From assembly GCA_965248535.1 (NCBI GenBank), contig CBDFJR010000002.1:960001-1024000 (forward strand): 64,000 nt of DNA. Direction: 5' to 3'. Source of the DNA: Phormidesmis sp. Its GTDB lineage: Bacteria > Cyanobacteriota > Cyanobacteriia > Leptolyngbyales > Leptolyngbyaceae. This document shows, piece by piece, positions 22,828 to 32,282 of this stretch. Under the pieces are notes generated by a model. The model did not search any database and had not been told where the DNA came from. It worked only from the letters and a program-made list of their open reading frames with translations. The position numbers and the translations under genes are program-made. Every line of letters begins with the position of its first letter. Within the stretch, counting starts at the first letter, position 1.

Positions 22828-23023
22828 TCCCCGCATTAATGAAGTGGCTAACCGAAGATTTAACGTACAAGTCTTTGGCGATGAGGCGATAGTCTTGGGC
22901 GGCCGATCCTTGGGGGCGTGCCCCCAAACCCCCTGCAAACGAAATCTTGGCTAAGGAGTTCGATATGACTCTTCAGAGTTAGTTTGGCGGACTACTAGGA
23001 GCAAGGCATGGCATTGCTTTATC

Positions 23024-23144
23024 TAAGTAGGTAGGCTGGATTAAACGTAGGATGGTCTAGAGCAGCATAACCCATACTGGTCAAGGATTTTGCGCTTTGT
23101 GAAGAGCCTACGGCGTTTTACAAATAGTTACGCCCTCCTACTTA
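23024..23144. mobile_element. MITE (121 bp) with terminal inverted repeats
   Basis: TAAGTAGGTAGGC ... GCCCTCCTACTTA ends; no ORF inside. Confidence 0.65.
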
Positions 23145-23199
23145 TGGGAGGCTGCCAGTTGCCGCTCTGATTTAGTTCACGATCGCTAAGTTCATCGTT

Positions 23200-23646
23200 C
23201 TAGGGGGTTTGCTCAGTGCGATAGCCGTAGAAATCAATGTGATATTCGGTGATGCGAACTCCGGTCTGGGCCTCCACCTGACGAATCAGATCTTCGGGCA
23301 AGTCAATGTGAATATCTAAAATTTGCTTGGTGTCGATGCAGTTGACATGGCTATGAGCGTCGCTGACGTTGCCATAAAGACGACCGTCTGAGCGCTCAAT
23401 GCACTCGATAATGCCTTGCTCAGACAGGGCTTCGAGATTTTGGTAGACCGACGTGTGACCAATATCTTTGCCCTGACGGTTGAGCCGATCGTAGATCTCG
23501 CGAGCCGATAGGTGCTCTTGCTCGTGCCAAAGTAGCTCCAAGATAAAACGACGCTGACGACTCAGGCGCATTCCTAAATTCTGACAGCGCTCGATCGCAT
23601 CGTCTAGCGATCGAATCGGTTTTGAGATGGGTGCTTCGCTTTGCAT
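23200..23646 (-). CDS. furC: Fur-family regulator, FurC/PerR type
   Basis: GMRLSRQRRFILELL, HLSAREIY, GHTSVYQNL and HSHVNC resemble Anabaena FurC (PerR). Confidence 0.85.
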   Translation of the reverse strand: MQSEAPISKPIRSLDDAIERCQNLGMRLSRQRRFILELLWHEQEHLSAREIYDRLNRQGKDIGHTSVYQNLEALSEQGIIECIERSDGRLYGNVSDAHSHVNCIDTKQILDIHIDLPEDLIRQVEAQTGVRITEYHIDFYGYRTEQTP

Positions 23647-23887
23647 ACTAAAGTTAGAGGGGTAGGCTATCAGTTGCGTAATCTGCGGTCAAGAATTCAG
23701 AGTTAAACCCGATGAATAGGAGTGATTCTTAATTTATGACTCTGAAAAATCGATTCTTTACGTCCTTTCGGTAGATTACAGCTTGACACCTACCTGCTTT
23801 AGTTCTATCACACGCTAAAGCAAACTCGCTACAACTTTATCTTAGTCTCAGTTCTAAAGTCTTTAGTTTTTCGGTCATCTCAAGCTA

Positions 23888-24217
23888 ATGGCAGTTTATC
23901 AAGTCAGACTGGTTAACCTCGATTTAGGACTCGATCGCACGATCGCCGTCCCTGATGATGAATACATTTTAGATATTGCTGAAACGATGGGCATTAGGTT
24001 GCCGTCGGGGTGCAAACAGGGAGACTGCTCGGTCTGTATTGCCAAACTTGTTGAGGGCGACGTTGACCAAAGTGAGCAAGAATTTTTGCGCGATGGTGAA
24101 GTGGCGGCAGGCTATCGGGTGACGTGTGTGGCCTATCCCCGATCGGACTGCACTCTGTTGACTCATCAAGAGCAGACCCTCTATCAATCATCGCTTTATC
24201 ACAAACCCGAAGGCTGA
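23888..24217 (+). CDS. Minor [2Fe-2S] ferredoxin
   Basis: CKQGDCSVC...TCVAYPRSD. Confidence 0.9.
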   Translation: MAVYQVRLVNLDLGLDRTIAVPDDEYILDIAETMGIRLPSGCKQGDCSVCIAKLVEGDVDQSEQEFLRDGEVAAGYRVTCVAYPRSDCTLLTHQEQTLYQSSLYHKPEG

Positions 24218-24651
24218 TGATTTAAATCAAGTCCTTGCTGAATCCAGATCAAACACTCTGACTCACTTTTAAAGATTTTGGGAGCTGCGATGTTTGTCAA
24301 CTCGCTCGGAGGGTAGTGATCATAAAAAATCTTTCTGCCTTGACGCAGGACGATGATCAGATTATTTCGGTAGGTGTAGCGGCATCGGAAATAATCAGTG
24401 TCATTCTCAATTTCTGAGTGGTGCGTCAGGTGAGTTTGGGCAATTTTGATCACGTTCTCAATTTGACTTGAAAACTCATCAGGCGGATTGGTTGCCTTGT
24501 GAAAACGTCCCCGATGTCCTGACTCTGACAGCAGCGTGTAGGAATAAATGTCTTCTCCAGCGATCGACCCGACACTAAACGGAATAATCAGATATCCCTG
24601 GTAAGTGACGGAGTTTTCGTAAAGCAGTCTTGCCATCGTTTTTTGCCGCAA
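24199..24651 (-). CDS. Hypothetical protein
   Basis: Two internal YxxxLIIxx-type repeats; DHYPP motif. Confidence 0.65.
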   Translation of the reverse strand: MRQKTMARLLYENSVTYQGYLIIPFSVGSIAGEDIYSYTLLSESGHRGRFHKATNPPDEFSSQIENVIKIAQTHLTHHSEIENDTDYFRCRYTYRNNLIIVLRQGRKIFYDHYPPSELTNIAAPKIFKSESECLIWIQQGLDLNHQPSGL

Positions 24652-24743
24652 ACCCTAAATAACAATTTATTTCTGTGGTCATTCAGGGTTGAAAAAGTTT
24701 CTTGGAGCGTGGGTTGAATAATATTGGTTATTCGCAGAGATTA

Positions 24744-24764
24744 GGGCACGGCATTGCCGTGCCC
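24744..24764. repeat. REP-like palindrome
   Basis: GGGCACGGCA-T-TGCCGTGCCC; a degenerate half-copy follows near 24778. Confidence 0.65.
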
Positions 24765-24832
24765 GTACGATCAGCTTGGGCAGGGCATTGCCATAACGTG
24801 GAGTCTGTTGGGTTTGGTTTGAGAGACGGCTC

Positions 24833-26005
24833 TTAGTGATGATGTCCGTGATCGTGGCTGTGCCCGTGGCCGTCGTGGCTGTGATGATCGTGATGGTGGG
24901 CTTGAGAAGCGGCCAGCGTCGGGTTTACCGCCATGGCTTGCTCTGACAGCAGCGCTTCGATTTGAGGATGGGCCCAATCGGCCACCATCTGCAAAAAGTC
25001 AGGATCGTCATTGGCACAAGCCATTTGCACATAGGTTACATCAGGACGCTTTTTGCGTAACCCATGAATGATGTGATCGACATCTAGCAGCGTTTCGTGA
25101 TTTTCGGTGGCAAAGCCGATCGGCATAAACACCAAGGCGGTGGCTCCCAAATCGATCAGGTTTCTTGCGGCTAAGTCTGCGTTTGGCTGCGTCCAGTCGA
25201 TCAGCGGCGTTTGGTGATTGAGCCAGCCGACTGAGATCAGAGGATATTTGTAAAGTAGACGTTCGCGCACCCGATCGTAGAGTTTTTGACTCTCGTCGAT
25301 GCCAGATGTAAAGCCCTTTGCCTTGTGGGGGCACCCGTGATTCATCAGCACGATGCCAATTTGGGAGGGCAAGTGGGCCACTGCCAACTCAGATTTGATC
25401 TTGGCTTCGACCAGGTTTGCCATCAAATCGATATATTCTGGCTCAGAATAAAACGAAGGAATGTAGCGAGTTCCTTTTAGCCAGTGTTCTTGACCGGGGT
25501 CTGCCAAAGCTGAGAGCGCCTTGTTGACTTGCTCAACGGCGATGCCGCTCGTGAAGATAGAATCGACGACCAAAAGCGGGTAGATCAGAATCTTGTCAAA
25601 CCCTTCTGCTTTGACTTCTTCTAAAACTTGATCGGGCAAGAAAGGCTTGCAGAAGTTGAAAGCCTTAAAGACTTTGACGCGATCGCCCCAGCGATTTTGC
25701 AACGCCTTTTCAACCCCGGCGCGCTGCTGCTCAAAAATGGCATTGTGAGGCGAGATGAAGTGATCGTGTTGATGACTCCACTCGTGCAGGTCAAACACCG
25801 CTAGAAGCTTTGCTAAAGGGGGATAGACCCAGGTTGGAACGGGGGCAAACTTGGCGGTTAAGAGATTTAACGCCTGCTCGTTATAGTTGGCAAAATCTTC
25901 ATAGCTCTCGACTTCGCCATAGCCCATGAGCAAAACGGCAACGCGATCGCCCGAAGTCGAGGCTTCTAATCCAGACTGATAAATTTTTTCGGGGGTAGCA
26001 ACCAC
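24833..26005 (-). CDS. Ferrochelatase-family (class II chelatase) protein with His-rich C-terminal tail and no CAB domain
   Basis: VAVLLMGYG, MNHGCP and PIGFATENHETLLDVD motifs; tail HHHDHHSHDGHGHSHDHGHHH. Confidence 0.85.
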   Translation of the reverse strand: MVATPEKIYQSGLEASTSGDRVAVLLMGYGEVESYEDFANYNEQALNLLTAKFAPVPTWVYPPLAKLLAVFDLHEWSHQHDHFISPHNAIFEQQRAGVEKALQNRWGDRVKVFKAFNFCKPFLPDQVLEEVKAEGFDKILIYPLLVVDSIFTSGIAVEQVNKALSALADPGQEHWLKGTRYIPSFYSEPEYIDLMANLVEAKIKSELAVAHLPSQIGIVLMNHGCPHKAKGFTSGIDESQKLYDRVRERLLYKYPLISVGWLNHQTPLIDWTQPNADLAARNLIDLGATALVFMPIGFATENHETLLDVDHIIHGLRKKRPDVTYVQMACANDDPDFLQMVADWAHPQIEALLSEQAMAVNPTLAASQAHHHDHHSHDGHGHSHDHGHHH

Positions 26006-26159
26006 TTTTTGTCTCTCAAATTAACGTGGACAGGTGTAGGTGCACCAAGAATAAGGGTGTGGCACAACTCTCACGCTACTTAGGCTAACATCCCCTACTG
26101 GGGGATAACTGCACCAAAGGTTATGACATCGTTAAAATCAGTTTAGAGAGCGTGGAGAA

Positions 26160-26711
26160 TTGGCTGTGAAACTTGTGATCTGTCCCGGAATCCATCGATC
26201 GCACCTCACTCAAAGCTTTGTGGCGGCCCTGCATCTCCAGCCAGAGACCTTGATTTTTCCGACTGATGAGGCTCCTGCTTATTCTCCGCATCACCTGTTA
26301 GAGTTTTTGTCCTCAACTGAGGCGACGACTCCCCTAACATTCATTGCCTTTAGCGCCGGGGTTGTGGCTGCGATCGGGGCGGCTCGTCTCTGGCAAAAAC
26401 AAGGAGGCACCGTTTGCGCCCTGATTGCCCTCGATGGGTGGGGCGTTCCGTTAGGGGGAGATTTTGCGATTCATCGGGTCAGTCACGATCGCTTTACGGC
26501 CCAGAGTTCGGCTTGGCTGGGGGGAGGTGACGCAGACAGTTTTTATGCTGACCCTGCTGTGGATCATTTGACCCTGTGGCGATCGCCCCAAACCGTTCGA
26601 GGCTATCGAGTCGTCGCTCGTCAACCATCAGGCACACCCTCCACCACGGCCGCCAGTTTTATAACTGCGCTATTGCAGCACTACGATCCTTCTCTGTCAA
26701 CGAGACACTAG
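26160..26711 (+). CDS. Alpha/beta-hydrolase-like protein
   Basis: CPGIH, AFSAG elbow, IALDGWG, DHLTLW. Confidence 0.65.
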   Translation: MAVKLVICPGIHRSHLTQSFVAALHLQPETLIFPTDEAPAYSPHHLLEFLSSTEATTPLTFIAFSAGVVAAIGAARLWQKQGGTVCALIALDGWGVPLGGDFAIHRVSHDRFTAQSSAWLGGGDADSFYADPAVDHLTLWRSPQTVRGYRVVARQPSGTPSTTAASFITALLQHYDPSLSTRH

Positions 26712-26886
26712 AGGTGAATCCTAATTTGTCTTTGCGGCTTCATGGTTGCTTAAAACAATCCTGGTCGCCCTCTCGTCGAGGTGTATTTCAGATAAAGTTG
26801 TGATGGATCGGGTCTAAAGGCTGCATAATGCCTAGACCTGACCCACAGAGAGGGTTTTCACCTGATTTCTAAAATCTCTCCACTCT

Positions 26887-28185
26887 ATGCTTCCTACTCG
26901 TTCTCAGCCCTCTCGTAATGGCTTTTTAGCGCTGCTTCACAATCGCCCCTTTATGATGCTGTGGAGTGGGCAAGTTTTGTCCCAACTGGCTGATAAAGTT
27001 TTTTTTGTGCTGCTGATTGCGCTTTTGAGTGACTATGGTTCTTCGCCTGAAACTGAGAACTCCATGCGATCGGCAGTGATGATTGCAGCGACGCTACCCG
27101 CGATTTTTTTTGGCTCGGCGGCGGGCATTTTTGTCGATCGCTATGACAAAAAAACCATTCTGAGCGGCTGCAACATCTGGCGCGGTGTGATGTTGCTGCT
27201 GTTGCCACTGCCGTTTTTGCCCAAGGCCTTTATGATCTTGGTGGCGATCGCGTTTTTAGAATCCGTCTTGACTCAGTTTTTTGCCCCCGCAGAGCAAGCC
27301 ACCATTCCCCTTTTGGTGAAACCAGAGAATCTGCTAACGGCCAATGCGCTGTTTACCACGACGATGATGGGGTCATTGATTGTGGGGTTTGCGATCGGTG
27401 ACCCCCTGCTTAAACTGGCGAGTGGATTTAACTCAGAGTGGGGACGAGAACTTCTAGTCGGAGGCTTGTATCTGCTAGCGGGAATCGTGCTGTATTTGAT
27501 GCCCATCCAAGAAAAAAAATATCAGAGTGACGCGATCGCTCCGGTGCATCCGTGGAGCGACTTTAAAGAAGGGCTGTCTTATCTGCGTCAAGACTGCTTG
27601 GTGAGATATGCCATGCTGCAACTCATGATTCTCTACTCTGTTTTAGCTGCATTGACGGTGTTGGCGATCAACCTGACGCAAAAAATCGGGCTAGAAAAAA
27701 CTCAGTTTGGCTTGCTGCTGGCGGCAGCGGGTGTAGGCATGGTGTTTGGTGCAGGAGCGTTGGGTCATTGGGGCGATCGCTTTCGGCAAAAACCCTTGCC
27801 TCTGGTCGGCTTTGTTTGCATGGCGTTTGTGCTCACCATGTTTTCGTTTACCTCCGATCGGGGGTTGAGCTTGGCGTTGTCGGGCTTTTTTGGGTTAGGA
27901 GCCTCTTTGGTGGCCGTTCCGATGCAGACTTTAATTCAGCAAAGAACGCCAGAGGCCATGCGAGGAAAGGTGTTTGGCTTTCAAAATAACATTGTCAATA
28001 TTGCCCTCAGCCTGCCCCTAGCCATTACTGGGCCGCTCATTGATGCGATTAATAACCTGGTCGCCCGCAATCCTCAGTCTGAATTGGGATTGAGATCGGT
28101 GCTGATTGGCATGAGTGTGGTGGTGACGATCGTCGGCATCTGGGCCTGGCGCAGCACTCGACGGGGTTTGCAAAACGCGGTTTGA
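26887..28185 (+). CDS. MFS transporter (H+ antiporter-3/macrolide-efflux-like)
   Basis: LWSGQVLSQLAD, GIFVDRYDKK, QFFAPAE, MRGKVFG. Confidence 0.88.
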   Translation: MLPTRSQPSRNGFLALLHNRPFMMLWSGQVLSQLADKVFFVLLIALLSDYGSSPETENSMRSAVMIAATLPAIFFGSAAGIFVDRYDKKTILSGCNIWRGVMLLLLPLPFLPKAFMILVAIAFLESVLTQFFAPAEQATIPLLVKPENLLTANALFTTTMMGSLIVGFAIGDPLLKLASGFNSEWGRELLVGGLYLLAGIVLYLMPIQEKKYQSDAIAPVHPWSDFKEGLSYLRQDCLVRYAMLQLMILYSVLAALTVLAINLTQKIGLEKTQFGLLLAAAGVGMVFGAGALGHWGDRFRQKPLPLVGFVCMAFVLTMFSFTSDRGLSLALSGFFGLGASLVAVPMQTLIQQRTPEAMRGKVFGFQNNIVNIALSLPLAITGPLIDAINNLVARNPQSELGLRSVLIGMSVVVTIVGIWAWRSTRRGLQNAV

Positions 28186-28203
28186 TCGATAGTTTTGATC
28201 GCG

Positions 28204-28653
28204 TCAGCCTGAATGGGGAGCAAACGGCTGAACCGGAACCGTTGTTTGCGATCGGGTTAGCTGCACCGACGGCGGCGCAAACATAAAAATATCTTTCCAG
28301 ATGCGGCTTTGATGACCGTCGATCGCATAGACAGCCCCCGCTAAGAAATCGACGGCTCGCTGGGCTTCTCTCGGCGATCGCATCTTAGCGCATTTGAGAA
28401 TTAAAACTTTTTGGGCCAGCAGCGCGTCTACAGCTTGAGGAATTTCCTCAAACGATCGGGGTTCTAGCACCACGCATTCTTGAGAACCCGTCATGATCGG
28501 AAGAGGCACCTGCGGGTCAAGCGATCGAGGTAGCTCGGCAGGTTGCCCAGCTTGATGAACGGGAGTCTCCGCAAAATCAAGAGCCTCCTCAGTCTCAAAA
28601 CTCTCATGTCCCCAGAAGCTAAACACCTCAGAAAACCGTCTGAGAAGACGCAT
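28204..28653 (-). CDS. sepF: SepF-family protein (probable second paralogue)
   Basis: EPRSFEE...AQRAVDFLAGAVYAIDG...IFMFAP; N-terminal amphipathic helix. Confidence 0.75.
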   Translation of the reverse strand: MRLLRRFSEVFSFWGHESFETEEALDFAETPVHQAGQPAELPRSLDPQVPLPIMTGSQECVVLEPRSFEEIPQAVDALLAQKVLILKCAKMRSPREAQRAVDFLAGAVYAIDGHQSRIWKDIFMFAPPSVQLTRSQTTVPVQPFAPHSG

Positions 28654-29044
28654 AATTCACCACTGGTCGCAGGTTTTAGTACTTTTGTTCTTAGTATAGT
28701 CTGCTGAGAGCAGTTCTACCAGACCGTCAAACGCTGAAGGACAGACCGTGAAAGACTTCTATAGATGAACAGTTATAGATGGACAGTAGGCACTGACAAA
28801 ATTGTCACATTTTTTTGAGAGGATTTCTGCTCAATCTGAGAAAATCCGGCAATCTCAATCTGCCCCTTAACCCTTGGCGGCGATCGCGGCCCGTTTTGAG
28901 CAGACCCGAACCGTGGTCAACCCTTGCAAATTGCCTTGAAAACATCGAAAGCCTGAAATTTCTTTGTCACACGAATTAATCATAATAGTCAATGTGAGGG
29001 TTGCGGGATTAACGCTCCATCATTCTTTCTTTGGTAATTTTGAC

Positions 29045-30160
29045 ATGGCTTCTAATCCTCTTCTCAAAAAGTCGATCGCGTCTCTAGCTCTCGTCTCAGT
29101 GGGCGCGGTGTCTGCACTAATCGGAACCCAGCTAAACCCAACCAACGCGGTGCAGACTCAGCCCTTGGTTGCTCAGATGCCAGGCCCAGCAGGCAACGCG
29201 GCTAACGAAAACTTTATTTCGGCGGCGGTCGATAAAACAGGTGCTGCTGTCGTGAGAATTGATTCTTCGCGGACTCGATCGTCGGGGTCAGGGCAAAAGG
29301 TGGCCCGGGGCACTGGGTCGGGCTTTGTCGTCAAAGCTGATGGGTTAGTGATGACCAATGCTCATGTGGTGGATGGAGCCGATCAGGTCATCGTCAAGCT
29401 TAAAGATGGGCGAGAATTCACCGGGCAGGTGGTCGGAGAAGATCAACTGACTGATGTGGCGGTGGTGAAAATTCAGGCCAGCAATCTGCCGATCGTAGCG
29501 ATCGGCAACTCTGACCAACTGCGACCGGGTGAGTGGGCGATCGCGATTGGCAATCCGCTAGGGTTAGACAACACTGTCACAGCCGGAATTATTAGCGGCA
29601 CCGGCCGATCGAGCAGCGAAATTGGATCGCCCGATCGTCGCACTAACTATATTCAAACCGATGCGGCCATTAATCCTGGCAATTCGGGTGGGCCGCTCTT
29701 AAATCAAAGTGGGCAGGTGATTGGCATCAACACGGCAATTATCGGCGGTGCTCAAGGGTTAGGGTTTGCGATTCCGATCAATAAGGCGCAGCAGATCGCT
29801 AACCAACTGATTGCCAAAGGCTCGGTTGATCATCCCTATTTGGGCGTTGAGATGACCGATCTTTCTGCTGCCACGCGAGACCTGATCAATCAAAATCAAG
29901 ACTTGGGCATCAAGGTGCAAACCGATCGGGGGGCGCTGATTACTAACATCGTTCGCAACTCTCCGGCGGCTCAGGCAGGGCTGCAAAAAGGCGATGTGAT
30001 TCAGGCGATTAATGGTCGAGCGATCGCTTCAGCCAATGAGGTGCAGCAAGCCGTAGAGAACAGCACGATCGGCCGTAGCCTCTCTCTTGAAGTCAATCGC
30101 AGTGGTCGCACGGTGACGCTTTCGATCCGTCCGGGAGAGTTTCCGGTAAATGCGGGTTAA
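29045..30160 (+). CDS. HtrA/Deg serine protease (HhoA/HhoB type)
   Basis: TNAHVV, DVAV and GNSGGPL triad motifs; one PDZ domain. Confidence 0.93.
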   Translation: MASNPLLKKSIASLALVSVGAVSALIGTQLNPTNAVQTQPLVAQMPGPAGNAANENFISAAVDKTGAAVVRIDSSRTRSSGSGQKVARGTGSGFVVKADGLVMTNAHVVDGADQVIVKLKDGREFTGQVVGEDQLTDVAVVKIQASNLPIVAIGNSDQLRPGEWAIAIGNPLGLDNTVTAGIISGTGRSSSEIGSPDRRTNYIQTDAAINPGNSGGPLLNQSGQVIGINTAIIGGAQGLGFAIPINKAQQIANQLIAKGSVDHPYLGVEMTDLSAATRDLINQNQDLGIKVQTDRGALITNIVRNSPAAQAGLQKGDVIQAINGRAIASANEVQQAVENSTIGRSLSLEVNRSGRTVTLSIRPGEFPVNAG

Positions 30161-30746
30161 CCGATGATGGGCCCGGTGCCTGCTCTTAGGGAGATTCTGA
30201 TTTTGTAATCCTTCGCGATCGCGCCCATCAATTCCTCTGCTCGTCAAACTTTGCGGCAGAGGATTTTTTTGGGCCAATCCTTCTGGTTTGCCGATCCCAA
30301 GGGCGATCGCCCGTCTAGAACTCTTGAGCTTAAACCCTAGAACTGAAGTTCCCAATTCTAGAGAATTTCCGTTGAAAATAACCCTAAAAAACCTCTGTAA
30401 GCTTGACCTAATCTTTACGAGTAGGCTTTTATACTTATGTCTTTTGGCACCTGATAACCTCCGTGTGACAAAACACTCACTGACCGAGTTAGAACACTCT
30501 AAACTTCAGTGCTGATCTTGAGGAATGAACTTAATCCGGACGATTGTTGTAATGTTTTCATGAAGATTATAAGTTAGCTCTGTATTTATCTCTACGCACA
30601 GGCAACAATCCCAACAACAACTCTTTTGTAATCTGCAATAAGAGTGAGATCGGCTGAGTTGTCCCTCTCAGTCGTTAACGAGTTCAAGTTCCTGTTGATT
30701 AAGTTCTCTAGTTCGATTCAATACTCAGATCTATTGGTGACCACCC

Positions 30747-32090
30747 GTGAAGCTTTCTAGCAAGACATCTGACAAACTATACAGCCCCCTAAAGACTGCG
30801 GCAGATTCTAAACCTCATCAGTTCCCGTCACGATCGCTCGTTTCAAATCTATTTTTGATCCTCCTCAGCGCCGGATTAGTGATTTGGTCTCTGAGATTTC
30901 TCAAGACTCGGCTCACCTCAGTGGTCAGCGTTGATGCCGTGGTCAACGCCCCCGTCATGGATATCAAAGCACCCGGCGAAGGCGTGATCACCGCCGTTGA
31001 CATCAGCACAGGTGAAAAAATCGCTCAAGGACAGCCGCTGTTGACTCTAAAACCTACGCGAGTTAACGCGCCGTCGTCACAAGCGTCAGTTAACCAGATC
31101 GGGCAGCAGCGATCGCAGCTAAAACAAGCCCAAGAACGATTGGCTTCTCAGTTAGCTCTATTAGACACACTGGTCGAAGATGAGCACAACCAAGGGCGAC
31201 TCGAAGTTTCCCAGGCGCAGCAGTCGGTTGATCAATTTGCCTCTGAGCTAAAAGGTGCCGACGCTCAATATCGGTTAGCAAAGCTCAACTATCAGCGCAC
31301 CCAGAAACTTAAATCAGAAGGCGCGATCGCTCAAGCCAGTCTAGATGCGGCTGAAATCGATCTCGAAAAGCGCCGCAGTGAGGTCAATAGTTTAGAAGCC
31401 CGCCTCAGTGGGATGCAGGTGAACAAAGAAGCCGTCGAGCGCGGACTGTCTTTGTCTAAAACTCGCAGCAACTATGACCCCCGCATTCGTCGCCAAGAAC
31501 TCGAACTGCAAATTAGCGATCAGCGCCAGATCATTCAGACCTTAGAGCGATCGGTTAAAGAGAGTGAGTCATCGCTGGCTCAAACCCAAAAAGACGCGAG
31601 TGGCCCGCAGCAGACGGTGATCAGCGCCCCGACTTCGGGCGTGCTCTGGCAACTGTCTGTCTCACCAGGGCGAGTGGTGCAACCGGGCGAGTTTATGGGC
31701 AAAATCGTAGACTGCGATCGCCGCTGGGTTGATGCCGTGGTTGAAGAGTCGGCCATGCGAACCCTCAAAATTGGTGACTCTGCCACTGTTGAACTCTATG
31801 CCAATCAAGATGCGGTCAGCTTTCAGGGCAAAATCAGCCTGATCCGATCGGGCTTAGGGCGGGTGTCATCGCCGGGTGAAGACATCACCGGAGCCGTCGA
31901 TCTCAATTTGCCGCGTCACACCCAAGTGCGAATTGCTTTGGATACGATCGACAAAGAAAAATCTGCCACAGATGCCGCTCAGAAAAATTTCTGCTATGTC
32001 GGCTATACGGGCAAAGTAGCGCTTCAGGTTCAGCAAAATCCGCTTCAGTCAAACCCGCTGGTGTCGTTTGCTAATCTGCTTCGACTTTAG
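30747..32090 (+). CDS. HlyD-family periplasmic adaptor
   Basis: N-terminal TM, IKAPGEG and ISAPTSG lipoyl halves flanking a long coiled coil. Confidence 0.85.
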   Translation: MKLSSKTSDKLYSPLKTAADSKPHQFPSRSLVSNLFLILLSAGLVIWSLRFLKTRLTSVVSVDAVVNAPVMDIKAPGEGVITAVDISTGEKIAQGQPLLTLKPTRVNAPSSQASVNQIGQQRSQLKQAQERLASQLALLDTLVEDEHNQGRLEVSQAQQSVDQFASELKGADAQYRLAKLNYQRTQKLKSEGAIAQASLDAAEIDLEKRRSEVNSLEARLSGMQVNKEAVERGLSLSKTRSNYDPRIRRQELELQISDQRQIIQTLERSVKESESSLAQTQKDASGPQQTVISAPTSGVLWQLSVSPGRVVQPGEFMGKIVDCDRRWVDAVVEESAMRTLKIGDSATVELYANQDAVSFQGKISLIRSGLGRVSSPGEDITGAVDLNLPRHTQVRIALDTIDKEKSATDAAQKNFCYVGYTGKVALQVQQNPLQSNPLVSFANLLRL

Positions 32091-32282
32091 ACCCGAGTTC
32101 ATCGCCATCTGTTGAGAATTGTGGGTTAAATCCGATCGGTGACTAGTTTCGGCAGTGCAGCCCAGACGGAGATTCTGATGTTGTTTAATCCACAATTTAA
32201 GCGGTTTGCCCGATCGGTTGACCGATCGAGCGGCTCGTCTTGCACTCTTAAGAAATTTTTCTAGCTTCAGCCCTTTAAACCA

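Noticed and set aside
22299..22954. ORFs 22299..22550 and 22769..22954
   Set aside because: No recognisable motifs; they overlap promoter DNA and mobile-element remnants.
30582..30595. GTA-N8-TAC (NtcA-like box) upstream of the HlyD gene
   Set aside because: No -10 element at the canonical spacing of about 22 nt; this short motif occurs readily by chance.
30160..30746. Possible c-di-GMP riboswitch in the long leader
   Set aside because: No GEMM-type conserved sequence or structure was recognisable by eye.
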